From contig NZ_CAXXTL010000001.1 of the NCBI RefSeq assembly GCF_963662935.2, positions 525,056-589,055 of the forward strand: a stretch of 64,000 bases of DNA. Direction: 5' to 3'. The position numbers and the translations under genes are program-made. This stretch comes from an uncultured Desulfobulbus sp. (lineage in GTDB: Bacteria > Desulfobacterota > Desulfobulbia > Desulfobulbales > Desulfobulbaceae). Positions 29,895 through 40,080 of this stretch are shown here, piece by piece. Positions within the stretch are counted from its first letter, which is position 1. Every line of letters starts with the position of its first letter. The notes beneath the pieces are model-generated. The model was not told the DNA's origin, did not search any database, and saw nothing but the letters and a program-made list of their open reading frames with translations.

Positions 29895-30875
29895 TTGAAG
29901 GCATTAGTAACAGGAGCGACAGGATTTATCGGCAGCCATCTGGTGGAAGCCCTTGTGCAACGAGGAGCCCAAGTCCGATGCCTTGTTCGGAATACAAGCC
30001 AGTTAGGGTGGATAAAGGATTTGCCGGTTGAATTTGTCGCCGGGGATTGCCTGGAGAAGAACTCGCTCAAACAAGCTGTGCTGGGCGTCGACCAGGTGTT
30101 TCATCTTGCCGGTGCAACCATGGCGGTCAAAGAAACAACTTTCTTCGAGGTCAATGGGTTGGGCACCAAGAACCTCGTCCAAGCCTGCACCGAACACAAT
30201 ACCCGTCTTGAAAAATTTATCTATCTTTCGAGCCAGGCAGCAGCCGGACCGTGTCCGAGCTTCGGCAAGAAAAAGGAATCCGACCCCTGCGAGCCGGTTT
30301 CGCCCTACGGGAAAAGTAAATTGCTGGGGGAGGAACTGGCCTTGTCCCACGCGCAAGAACTTCCTCTCCTCATCCTGCGGCCCTGTGCCGTTTATGGGCC
30401 TCGGGATAAAGGTTTTTTGACACTTTTTCAATGCATCGCCAAGAACATCAATCCCTGCCTCACCGGCCCCGATCAGCATATTAGCCTGTGCTATGTTGAG
30501 GATCTGGTCCGAGCGGTCCTTCTGGCTGCCGAGAGTCAAACAAAGAACGGGGAAATATTTTTCCTGTCCGATGGCCATGATTACCGGATGGGGGAAATCG
30601 GCGATATCTTCGCGCAAGCAATGGCGAAACGCGCCCTGAAGCTCCGCCTGCCCCAACAGCTGCTCTTCGGCTTGGCTTTTTGTGCAGAATTTTTCGCCAA
30701 GGTCAGCGGCAAACCTTCCATTATGAGCCGTGGAAAGGTCAGGGAAATGGGCTGCACGAACTGGCTCTGCGACATTGCCAAGGCCAGGACAATACTTGGT
30801 TTCGAGCCCCGGATTGCTCTTGCACAGGGAGCTGCATTAACCATCGCTTGGTACAAAAAAGAACAGTGGCTTTAG
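29895..30875 (+). CDS. Extended SDR / NAD-dependent epimerase-reductase (candidate ceramide reductase CerR-like)
   Basis: TTG start after GAGGAAAGGA; VTGATGFIG, HLAG, SS, YGKSK and VYGPRD. Confidence 0.85.
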   Translation: MKALVTGATGFIGSHLVEALVQRGAQVRCLVRNTSQLGWIKDLPVEFVAGDCLEKNSLKQAVLGVDQVFHLAGATMAVKETTFFEVNGLGTKNLVQACTEHNTRLEKFIYLSSQAAAGPCPSFGKKKESDPCEPVSPYGKSKLLGEELALSHAQELPLLILRPCAVYGPRDKGFLTLFQCIAKNINPCLTGPDQHISLCYVEDLVRAVLLAAESQTKNGEIFFLSDGHDYRMGEIGDIFAQAMAKRALKLRLPQQLLFGLAFCAEFFAKVSGKPSIMSRGKVREMGCTNWLCDIAKARTILGFEPRIALAQGAALTIAWYKKEQWL

Positions 30876-30923
30876 CCATTATGCCGGAATGTTTGGATGT
30901 TCAACCTTTCAAAAAGAGCAATC

Positions 30924-32045
30924 ATGGCTGGTATTGAGATCGTTACGGTAACTAGCAGATCAGAGCTTAAGGACTTCATCGACCTGCCCTGGACAATTTA
31001 TGCCGACTACCCTCAATGGGTTCCCCCCCTGAAGAAGGAGGTTCGCCGGATGCTGGATCCCGGCACCCATCCTTTCTGGGAATTTTCCGAGCGTATCCTG
31101 TTTCTGGCCCGGCGCGGCAAGAAGAACGTTGGCAGAATCGCGGGCATCATTGATCGCCATCATAACGAGTTCCATCGTGAGCAGATGGGTATTTGGGGAT
31201 TTTTCGAATGCGCCGACGATCCGGAGGCCGCGTTGGCCCTCTTTTCGTCGGTGGAATCGTGGGTTCGCCGGAAGGAGATGACCTTCGTGCGAGGCCCGCT
31301 TAATCCGTCCCTTAATTACGAGGCAGGTTTGCTCATTGATGGCTTTGATTCTCCGCCGGCGTTGATGATGCCGTACAATCCGCCGTACTATCCGCGATTG
31401 ATCGAAGCGTGCGGTTTCAGCAAAGAAAAAGATCTGTTTTCCTTCATCATAGACGGGGAGTACCGGCTGCCCGAGTGGATGGAGAGTCTTGCAGAACGGC
31501 TGACCCGGAAAAAAGGTATCCACATCAGGCCATTTCGGCTCAAGGACCCGGTTCCTGAACTTGCCCTGGTCAGGGAGATTTTCAACGACTGCTGGTCCGG
31601 CAACTGGGGGTATGTCCCCTTGAGTGATCATGAGATAGGGGTAATCGGGAAAAGCATGGTGGCCATCGCCGATCCTGACCTGGCTTTTTTTATCTACTAT
31701 GAGGATGAACCCGCAGGGGTCTGCGTTATCCTGCCCGACATCAACCCCTTGCTCAAGCGCTTCAACGGGCGCATCGGCTTGTCGGGATTGCTGAAAATCG
31801 CCCTCTATCGGCAGGAAATCACCGGATTGCGGGCATTGCTTTTCGGCATCAAGGAAAAGTATCGCCAACTGGGACTTCCTCTGCTGGCCATCCGCCATCT
31901 GTATGAGGTGGTGCGAAAGAAAGGGAAATATAGCGCTCTGGAGCTGTGCTGGACCTTGGAGGACAACGAGTCGATCAACTCTTTGGTGGAGGAAGCCGGT
32001 GCGCGAATACACAAGAAATATTGCATATACAGGAAGTCGTTATGA
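30924..32045 (+). CDS. Double-GNAT N-acyltransferase of the bacterial ceramide synthase (bCerS/YghO-like) family
   Basis: FIDLPW..Y...WVPPL, GRIAGI, GFFEC, RGPLNPS, GLLIDGF, MMPYNPPYY, NWGYVP, LPDIN and WTLEDN are characteristic of this family. Confidence 0.8.
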   Translation: MAGIEIVTVTSRSELKDFIDLPWTIYADYPQWVPPLKKEVRRMLDPGTHPFWEFSERILFLARRGKKNVGRIAGIIDRHHNEFHREQMGIWGFFECADDPEAALALFSSVESWVRRKEMTFVRGPLNPSLNYEAGLLIDGFDSPPALMMPYNPPYYPRLIEACGFSKEKDLFSFIIDGEYRLPEWMESLAERLTRKKGIHIRPFRLKDPVPELALVREIFNDCWSGNWGYVPLSDHEIGVIGKSMVAIADPDLAFFIYYEDEPAGVCVILPDINPLLKRFNGRIGLSGLLKIALYRQEITGLRALLFGIKEKYRQLGLPLLAIRHLYEVVRKKGKYSALELCWTLEDNESINSLVEEAGARIHKKYCIYRKSL

Positions 32046-32081
32046 TGATTGAAGGCGGGGCTGTCACCTGGCAGCGGAGGC

Positions 32082-35000
32082 ATGGACAGAGTGTCTGATC
32101 AGCGGATTCCCATCATTGCATTTGTCTGGCGGCCCGAAGAAAGAATCTCGGCGGTGACCCAAATGGCGCACCGAACGGGGAGCAGGGCCATCTTCGATTT
32201 TTCCCTGATGGAGGTGGAGCCACTCTTTTCCGCCTTACGAAAAGCAGCTTCCGCTGGCCCGGTCCGGGATATCAAGATTTCCGCCCTTGCTTTAATGGAT
32301 CCCTCTTTGCCGCTGTTGCTGCAAGAAACAGGGGTCGAAAACATCTGGGTCGAATGCCATCCCATGTTTTTTCTGGACGATTATTACGCCTCTCTCAAGA
32401 GATTAAGGGAATTGTCGAAAATCTGCCGTTGCTTTCCAATCATCGGAGACCTGGATCTCCTGACGGCTATTTTGCCAGATAGCACGGGAATCGGGCGTAT
32501 TGTCTTGAAAGGGTGTGAAGCCTCTGGATTCGTGAGCAATGAGACGACGCTCGCACTCTATGCAGCAGTCAAAGAGATGATGCCCCGCTTATCGCACTCT
32601 GTCGATATCGTTCTCTGGGGGGGCGTCTCCACCCCAGAGGCGGCAGCGGCCTTCCTGGTCACCGGGGCTCAAGGGATCGTCTTTGAGAGCGTTCATTGGC
32701 TGACCGATCTGGTTGCCATTGATGATGGCCAACGCCAGCGGATTGCCAACCTTCGCCTCGATTCCACCGATTTGATTGGCCTTGACGTGCAGGTTCCGTG
32801 TCGTTTGTTCAACAAGGGCAACTCGATTGTTTGTAAGGCAATCAAACACTATGAGAGCTCGCTGTGCGAAGCAGAGATCACGGAACAACACCGCCGTTCC
32901 TTCGCAGACCGGGTGAGTGCGGGAGCCCTCCAGCCTCTTGCGAGCCATTTTACCCCCGACGATATTATCCCTCTGGGGGTGGAAGCCGCCTTTGCGGCCT
33001 CCTTTGCCGATCGTTTTGGCACCGGAACCGAGGAGGCCGTGACGTCCTTCATGGCCGAGATTCGCAACCGCTGCCGCCTCGCTGCAACGAACAAGGATTG
33101 CTTTGTGGACAGCCCGGTTGCCAGGGAGATGGGAACCCGATACCCCTTTATCCAGGGGGCCATGTCCTGGATCACGGATGTCCCCGAGTTTGCTTTGCGT
33201 GTTGCCGAGGCCGGCGGATTGCCCACCATCGCCCTGGGCATGATGGATGCGGCAACCCTTGATCTGCGGCTGGGACGTTTGCCCGAGATCATGGGAGAGT
33301 TCCCCTATGCGGTCAATATTGTTTCGCTGGCGGAGAATCCTTTCAGGGCGAGCCAGCTAGCCTGGATAAAGAAACACCAGCCCCGTTTTGTGGTGATCGC
33401 CGGCGGTGATCTCTCACCGCTCAAGGAATTGCTGGAGTGCGGCATCGAGGTTATCTACATCGCCCCTGACGAGTCCTTGTTGCGGCTCGCCCTTGAAGCG
33501 GGCGTTCGCTCCGTGATTATCGAGGGGTACGAGGCCGGCGGACACGTGGGGCGTCATAGCACCCTCACTCTGGCGCAAAAGGTGTTGGACCTGAGACGGT
33601 TGCACCCCTCCCTGTTTCATAAGTGTCACCTTGTTCTTGCCGGAGGAATCTTTAACCGGGAGACTGCCTTCCTAGCCGCTTTGCTCGGAGCGGACGCCAT
33701 CCAGATGGGGACCGCCTATCTGGCCACCCGGGAGATCGTGGAAACGGGCGCCCTGACAGCGCTCTATCAGCGCATGATCCTGGACTCGACTCCTGGGGGA
33801 ACAGTCGTCTCAGGCCAGGCCACCGGACTTCGGGTGCGATCCTTACGAACCCTGAGAGCGGACGCGGTTTTATCCCTGGAGCGGGAGTTCACTGCGGGAC
33901 AGCAGGACGAACACTCCTTCCGCAAGAACATCGAAGAGATGACAGCCGGGAGCCTCTTTGCTGCGGCTCGAGGCCTGGACAGGCCAGGCGGGGCAACGCT
34001 GGATGAACGGGCCTGTCTGGAACGCGGGCAATTCATGAGTGGAGCCTGCTCCGGTCTTATCGGTACGGTCCTGGATCTGCAGTCCTTCCACCTCCACTTG
34101 GCCGAAGGCACGCTGGTGCTTCATCAGCCCTTTGCGGGAATGATCGAAAAAAATCCAGAAGCACCGCTCTCCGGGGGCAACCGTGTCCGGAGGCAAATTG
34201 CACCTGCCCGAAATGATGGTGCCCGCATCGCCATCACCGGGATGAGCATTCTCAATGCCTTGGGGAGCAGTCCCGAGGGGGTTTGGGATGCAAGCCTGGC
34301 CATGGAGAGCGGGATTAAGCTGGTGCCGCCTTCGCGTTGGGATCACAGTCTTTTTTATGATCCCCGGCCGCAGGTTCCGGACAAGACCTACTGCAAGGTG
34401 GGCGCCTTCCTCGATTTTCCGATCTCCCGCCATGAGCTCGGCATTCCTCCCCATGATTTTCGGACCATGACCGAAGCCACAAAGATCACCCTCTGGCTTG
34501 CCGACAAAGCCATCCGGGCATCCGGTCTTCTGGATTCGGACATCCCGCGTGAACGGATCGGAGTCCTCATCTCGCAAAACTCGGGGGAGGCGGCGGGGAC
34601 CCTCACCAATACGATCATCAGGGCGTATGTTCATGATATTGTCGGCTCAATAACAAGGGCCATACACCTCACGCCGGATCAGCGGAGCGCCATCGAACGG
34701 GAGGTGCGGTCCGGCCGCATGGCCCCAGATGACACCACCCTTCTGGGCAGACTCAACTGCGCGGCGGCCGGATTCATCTGTAACCGCTATGGGTTCATGG
34801 GACCAAGCTACGCGGTCTCCGCAGCCTGCGCGACCTCGCTGGTTGCCTTGTACAGCGCCATCCAGATGATCAAGAGCGGTGTTATCGATGCCGCCATTGT
34901 CGGCGGAGGCGAGGATAATCTCACCCATCTGCATTTTCTCGAATTTTCGGCTTTGGGCGCCCTGTACGGGCTGTCGGGACAGGAAAGGCCCGCCCGCGAG

Positions 35001-38000
35001 ACCTCACGGCCCTTCGATGCCCAAAGAGACGGCATGGTCCTGGGTGAAGGCGGAGGGATGATTGTTATTGAACGGGAAGGTTCGGCCCGTGCACGAGGCG
35101 CCCGCATTCACGCCGTCATCACCGGCATGGGCGCGAGCAACAACCATCTGGGCATGGTCGAGTCCTCCAGTCGGACCCAGGAAATCGCTATCCGCGCCTC
35201 TTTCCAGGAGACACCCTATGGGCCTGAGGGAGTGGATCTGGTGGAATGCCATGGCACGAGTACCCGGCAAGGCGACGTCGAGGAGGTTCGAGCCCTCAAG
35301 GCCTTCTTTACTGCCTCCAAGCGCACTGTTCTTACCTCCTTCAAGTCCCAGATCGGACACACCCTTGGCGCCTCGGGCATCAACAGCCTCATTCGCGGCG
35401 TCATGGCCATGCAGGCAGGGTTTTTTCCCCCTACGCTCAACTATCGCCATCCCGACCCGGCGATGGACCTGAAAGGATCGGGCCTTTTGATCGCGCCTGA
35501 GCCGCATGACTGGGCGTCCAAAGGTGGTCGGTTGCGAAGGCTTCAGGTCAATGCCTTCGGATTTGGTGGTTCCAACTACGTGGTGCAACTGGAGCAGGCC
35601 ATGGATGGGGCAGGGGCGATCCTGGTATCGCCGGGCTGCGCGCCCGGTCTCGCCCAAGCCAAGGCTGGCACCACGGCGGCTGTGCCGGCAGAGTCAAGTC
35701 CTGCTGGAGAGGCAAGGGGCGGTCCTTCCGGTCTTGAGGGTGTCTCTTTCTTCCGGGCCAAGATGGATGGCCGCAACTTCCGGCTGGCTGTAGTGGCGGA
35801 ATCTGAAGAAGAGGCGCTCACGGTTATCGAGAGGTCCCGCTATCTTGCCGAGGGCGGAACCGTCAACCCCCAAGCCTTGCGATCCCTGGCGCAGCAGGGA
35901 ATCTTCATGGGCAATGCGGATCTGCCCGCGCCCCCGCTGGCTTTGGTCTTTCCAGGGCAGGGAACCCACTACGCAGGCATGGGGAGGGAACTTTACGAGT
36001 CGTTTCCAGTCATCAAAAAAGAGATGGATCGGGCTGCGGCCGTGGCGGACTTTGACCTTCTCTACCTCCTGTTCCACGACCACGAAGAAAATCTGCAGAA
36101 GACCAGATGGCAGCAGCCAGCCTTGTTTGTGCTCGAATATGCCATGGCTCGATACCTCACCACACTGGGTATCAGCCCGGTGGCCTTGGCCGGTCACAGC
36201 CTTGGCGAACTGACTGCCTTGTGTCTGGCCGACGTCTATTCCTTGGAGGACGGATTTGGCATCGTCAACCAGAGGGCGTTGTGCATGGACAAGGCCGCTG
36301 GGCTGCAGGATGTGGATCCCGGCGTCATGGCGGCGGTGGATGCCCCCTTGGACCTGCTGCGCGAGATGATCCAAGGAGGGGCGGGAGACGTCCATGTCAG
36401 CAATATCAATTCACCACACCAGGTCGTTGTCAGCGGCAAGACCGAGGCGGTGCATGATTTTTGTACCCGACTCAAAGATCGGGGATACAGGGCCACGCCT
36501 TTGCGCGTCAGCATGGCCTTTCATTCCCCGATCATGCGCGTCATTCGCGCTGAACTGGAGGCCTACGTTGCCGCCATCCCCTTTCATTCCCCCCGGATCC
36601 CGGTCATCTCCAACACAACCATGGCGCCGTATCCATCGGATTCCGGCGAGATCAGGCGCATCCTCATGGCCCACCTGGAATCACCCGTCCATTGGATGCA
36701 GAATGTCCAGACCCTGTGGCAGGATTTCGGCGTTCGGCTCTTCGTTGAGGTGGGCCCCGGCGATATAGTCAGCGGTTTCATCACCGACACGCTCCCGGAC
36801 CCGGCATGCATCCAGACCTGTCTGCCCGCAACCGAAAGCCTGACCTACAAGACCGCCCTGGCGCAGTTGTTCGTGCATGGCGCTTTGCAACCTCCTGGAG
36901 AACCGCAGTTTATTTCCCTCCCTGTAAAGGCTGCCGCATCTCACCCGGTTGCCCAAGCACCTGCGTCGTCGGTGCCTGAACCCATGGGTGTTGACGCCAA
37001 CGCGGTGGCAACGATCATGCAAAGAGAGATCAACCGGTTTGTGCTCGAGACCTCTGGCGGCCTCCTAAAGCCCATTATCCTGGAAGCTATCCGCCAGGAA
37101 CTGCACCCGCACTTTCAGGAAGATGATCTCTCCTCTGCCTTGCAATCCATGGTTGGGGCTTCTGAGCCCCTTGCAGGGCGGATGCCGGTCTCTCCGGGTA
37201 CGCCGGCAGCCCTGCCCCCGCCGCTCGATCTCACCCCGTTGACACCAGGTCCGGAGCAGCCCTCACCGCCGCCAGGCGAGGGGTCCGAGCACCAGAATCT
37301 GATGGAGCAGCTCATTGGCATCATCATGGAGGCGACCGGATTCAATCGAGACGAAATTCAACCCGGAATGGATCTGCGCAAGGATCTCTCCATCCGTTCC
37401 AGCCGCCTCCCGATCATCATGGATGCGGCGGAACGCCATTTTGCCATCACCATAGAATTGGAAGATTTTATCGATGTCCGTACAGTGCAGGACATCGCCC
37501 AGAGGATTGCCACAATTATCGCCGCTCAGGAAGTTGCCAGCCCGCAATCGCCCGCCGCGCCGGATAACAGCAGCCCGGCATGGGATGGGACTCTGCATCC
37601 CCTGGAAGATGAAGGGCTCAAGCGGCTGGTCTTCCACCAGGTCGTTGTCGAGCCAGCGGCCTCCATTCCCATGGCATTTAATCCCGGAGAATCCATCCTC
37701 ATTCTCTCGCCTGACAGGGAGGAGCGACGTGCCGGAAAGGTACAAGACATCCTCAAACGTGATTTCAGGGTTGCCTCGTTGCCCATGCTGTTTCTGTCGG
37801 GGAATCCCGATGCGGGCGACGATGAGGGCCAGGACATTCGCTCGACTGCAGGGGCCGCCAGAGCCGCCGCCCGGGTAGCGGGCCTGAAGTCCCTTGCTGG
37901 GATGGTGATCCTCCTGCCGCAAGGTGGGGCGGACCATTCAGCAAGCATGGAGGATGTTTCGCGGTTGCTCAGGGGATTCTTTATCCTGTTGCAAGCCTTT

Positions 38001-40049
38001 CTCAAGGCTCCGGGTAAGAAATTTGTCGTCCTGATCCACTCCGGGGAGGGAAACGAAACGGCCGCTCAGCTCCAGACGGAAGGGATGTTGGGCCTCTTTC
38101 TCAGCGCCGCTCAGGAATATCCGGCGGTCCAGTTCCGGACCCTTGCAATCGGCAATGACACCGACCTGAGTGCAGCCTTACGCGCTGCCCTGGACAGAGG
38201 TTACCCGATGGTGGAGATGGTGCATCGTGCGGGCAGGGTGTGGACCTCGGAGGGGATCATCGCCCCGTTACGCTGGACGAATTCGGCAGGTCCTGATCTG
38301 CTCCCTGGAGATGTGGTCGTCATATCCGGAGGCGCAACCGGGATCGGTGCCCACCTGGCCCGCAGTCTTGCACCCTTTCATCTCCGCTTGGTCTTTCTGG
38401 GGCGGACGTCGCTGACGCATCCGCCCGCAGGGCCTTCTGGCGACGGCAACAAGGCTGCGGAGATTGCCCGGACCCTGGCGGAGCTGCATGCCGCTGGGAT
38501 CGAGGCCTTCTACCATACCTGCGATGTCGCCGATCCCGAGGCGGTCCGGGCGGTCGTGGACGAGGTGGTCCATCAGTATGGCCAGATTCGCGGGGTCATC
38601 CACGGCGCCGGTGTCCTCAGGGATACCTTTCTCAGCCGGATGACGGCCGATGAGTTCTCCCTGGTCACGGACATTAAATTCCTCGGAGCCTGGAATCTCT
38701 TTCAGGCGGTCGAGAAGGCTGGCTTGCGATTTTTTGTGGGACTTTCTTCAGTGGCCGCCATCCAGGGGAATCCTGGCCAAGCCAACTACGCGGCAGCCAA
38801 CCGGATGATGTCGGCGCTGCTCAGCACCTTCCGGCAAAAGCATAGCGCCATCCGGTTCAAGGCCTTGATGCTGCCTCCCATCGAAGGGGCGGGCATGGCC
38901 GAGGATCCGCACGTGCGGGACCTGATGAAGCGCATGGGCGCGTCGTATGTCCATGTGGCTGAACTCGCTGGGCTGTTCTGTCGGGAGCTTTTCGTCTCCC
39001 CGGCCGACGATGATTGGGTGCTGTTCATGCGGACGCTTCCCCCCATAGAGAGAGCAAGGCTCAAGGTCATGCCCGGTCGCTTACTCAATGGCGAAGCGGA
39101 GAGTGGGATCGAGGCGTTTGGTCCCGAAGATTTTCCCCTGATTGAGGGAATTTCTAGTCTCGACCTGCGCCGGGAACAGCTCGAGGCCTTCAGGACCTTT
39201 GCCCGGGAAAAAGATCTATGGATCGAGGATCACCGGCCCTTGCTGTTCGTCAAACATCCCCTGGTCTCAGCCGCCATGTTGCTTGAGACCTTCATGGAAG
39301 CGGCCCGGCTGCTGTATCCGTACTTGCAGGTGCGAGGCGTTCGCCAGGTCCGTTTCATGGACATGATCCAATGCCCTCCCGGAGTTCCGCGGCCTTGCAA
39401 AATTTCCTGTTGCCGAGTGGGCAATGGTCTGCAGGAGGTGGTATGCGAGGTCTCGCTCGCAACCCGGTCAATCTCTCCCATCGGCAGATTGACCAACCGC
39501 TTTACCCCGCATAGCGAAGGGCAGGTGATCCTTGATAGCGGCGATAATGGAGAGAATCTCGGCGAGGGCTTCCCGGATTTTCCGGTCCGGTTAGACGAAC
39601 TGCGGACCGGCCCAATGGAGCGCGCACAAGTGCTCAAATGGTACCAAGACTATAGCGGCCTTGCCGGCAGATATCGCGTGCTGGAGCGCCTTGACGGTGC
39701 CGGTCCGGGAGTGGTCCAGGGACAAACCATCTACCGGCAGACTGATGATTTCGCCGATCTGGCCAACGCGCAGTACCAGTATTCGCCCTACCTGTTCGAA
39801 GCCCTCCTGCAATTGACCGGTCTCTACTGCGTTGCCATGCAGATGCCGGAACAACGGACCATGATTCCCATGGAGATCGGGGAGATGCGGTTGAGCCGAA
39901 TATGCCGGGTGGGGGAGCGAATCACCCTGGAGGCACGCCTGCGGGCGCAAAACGAGCAGGGTTTCAGCTGGGATGCCCGAGGACTGGACGAGCAAGGCCG
40001 CACCCTCATGCAGATTGCCAATCTACGCATGCAATGGGTGGCAGAGTGA
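32082..40049 (+). CDS. Single-module type I PKS/FAS: FabK-like ER x2 - KS - AT - ACP - KR - DH
   Basis: ER: EGYEAGGH and LAGGI. KS: ACATSL, HGTST and KSQIGH. AT: GQG, GHSLG and AFHS. ACP: DLSIRSSR. KR: GGATGIG and QANYAAAN. DH: WIEDHRP and FEALLQ. ATG 32082 after GGAGG. Confidence 0.92.
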   Translation: MDRVSDQRIPIIAFVWRPEERISAVTQMAHRTGSRAIFDFSLMEVEPLFSALRKAASAGPVRDIKISALALMDPSLPLLLQETGVENIWVECHPMFFLDDYYASLKRLRELSKICRCFPIIGDLDLLTAILPDSTGIGRIVLKGCEASGFVSNETTLALYAAVKEMMPRLSHSVDIVLWGGVSTPEAAAAFLVTGAQGIVFESVHWLTDLVAIDDGQRQRIANLRLDSTDLIGLDVQVPCRLFNKGNSIVCKAIKHYESSLCEAEITEQHRRSFADRVSAGALQPLASHFTPDDIIPLGVEAAFAASFADRFGTGTEEAVTSFMAEIRNRCRLAATNKDCFVDSPVAREMGTRYPFIQGAMSWITDVPEFALRVAEAGGLPTIALGMMDAATLDLRLGRLPEIMGEFPYAVNIVSLAENPFRASQLAWIKKHQPRFVVIAGGDLSPLKELLECGIEVIYIAPDESLLRLALEAGVRSVIIEGYEAGGHVGRHSTLTLAQKVLDLRRLHPSLFHKCHLVLAGGIFNRETAFLAALLGADAIQMGTAYLATREIVETGALTALYQRMILDSTPGGTVVSGQATGLRVRSLRTLRADAVLSLEREFTAGQQDEHSFRKNIEEMTAGSLFAAARGLDRPGGATLDERACLERGQFMSGACSGLIGTVLDLQSFHLHLAEGTLVLHQPFAGMIEKNPEAPLSGGNRVRRQIAPARNDGARIAITGMSILNALGSSPEGVWDASLAMESGIKLVPPSRWDHSLFYDPRPQVPDKTYCKVGAFLDFPISRHELGIPPHDFRTMTEATKITLWLADKAIRASGLLDSDIPRERIGVLISQNSGEAAGTLTNTIIRAYVHDIVGSITRAIHLTPDQRSAIEREVRSGRMAPDDTTLLGRLNCAAAGFICNRYGFMGPSYAVSAACATSLVALYSAIQMIKSGVIDAAIVGGGEDNLTHLHFLEFSALGALYGLSGQERPARETSRPFDAQRDGMVLGEGGGMIVIEREGSARARGARIHAVITGMGASNNHLGMVESSSRTQEIAIRASFQETPYGPEGVDLVECHGTSTRQGDVEEVRALKAFFTASKRTVLTSFKSQIGHTLGASGINSLIRGVMAMQAGFFPPTLNYRHPDPAMDLKGSGLLIAPEPHDWASKGGRLRRLQVNAFGFGGSNYVVQLEQAMDGAGAILVSPGCAPGLAQAKAGTTAAVPAESSPAGEARGGPSGLEGVSFFRAKMDGRNFRLAVVAESEEEALTVIERSRYLAEGGTVNPQALRSLAQQGIFMGNADLPAPPLALVFPGQGTHYAGMGRELYESFPVIKKEMDRAAAVADFDLLYLLFHDHEENLQKTRWQQPALFVLEYAMARYLTTLGISPVALAGHSLGELTALCLADVYSLEDGFGIVNQRALCMDKAAGLQDVDPGVMAAVDAPLDLLREMIQGGAGDVHVSNINSPHQVVVSGKTEAVHDFCTRLKDRGYRATPLRVSMAFHSPIMRVIRAELEAYVAAIPFHSPRIPVISNTTMAPYPSDSGEIRRILMAHLESPVHWMQNVQTLWQDFGVRLFVEVGPGDIVSGFITDTLPDPACIQTCLPATESLTYKTALAQLFVHGALQPPGEPQFISLPVKAAASHPVAQAPASSVPEPMGVDANAVATIMQREINRFVLETSGGLLKPIILEAIRQELHPHFQEDDLSSALQSMVGASEPLAGRMPVSPGTPAALPPPLDLTPLTPGPEQPSPPPGEGSEHQNLMEQLIGIIMEATGFNRDEIQPGMDLRKDLSIRSSRLPIIMDAAERHFAITIELEDFIDVRTVQDIAQRIATIIAAQEVASPQSPAAPDNSSPAWDGTLHPLEDEGLKRLVFHQVVVEPAASIPMAFNPGESILILSPDREERRAGKVQDILKRDFRVASLPMLFLSGNPDAGDDEGQDIRSTAGAARAAARVAGLKSLAGMVILLPQGGADHSASMEDVSRLLRGFFILLQAFLKAPGKKFVVLIHSGEGNETAAQLQTEGMLGLFLSAAQEYPAVQFRTLAIGNDTDLSAALRAALDRGYPMVEMVHRAGRVWTSEGIIAPLRWTNSAGPDLLPGDVVVISGGATGIGAHLARSLAPFHLRLVFLGRTSLTHPPAGPSGDGNKAAEIARTLAELHAAGIEAFYHTCDVADPEAVRAVVDEVVHQYGQIRGVIHGAGVLRDTFLSRMTADEFSLVTDIKFLGAWNLFQAVEKAGLRFFVGLSSVAAIQGNPGQANYAAANRMMSALLSTFRQKHSAIRFKALMLPPIEGAGMAEDPHVRDLMKRMGASYVHVAELAGLFCRELFVSPADDDWVLFMRTLPPIERARLKVMPGRLLNGEAESGIEAFGPEDFPLIEGISSLDLRREQLEAFRTFAREKDLWIEDHRPLLFVKHPLVSAAMLLETFMEAARLLYPYLQVRGVRQVRFMDMIQCPPGVPRPCKISCCRVGNGLQEVVCEVSLATRSISPIGRLTNRFTPHSEGQVILDSGDNGENLGEGFPDFPVRLDELRTGPMERAQVLKWYQDYSGLAGRYRVLERLDGAGPGVVQGQTIYRQTDDFADLANAQYQYSPYLFEALLQLTGLYCVAMQMPEQRTMIPMEIGEMRLSRICRVGERITLEARLRAQNEQGFSWDARGLDEQGRTLMQIANLRMQWVAE

Positions 40050-40080
40050 GTCTGCCGAGTGGGCAAAGAGGGGATTAGAT

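Noticed and set aside
32082-40049. Canonical Pfa PUFA synthase interpretation
   Set aside because: Single ACP, no KS-CLF or FabA-like DH partner and no separate pfaBCD genes; the product is unlikely to be a standard PUFA.
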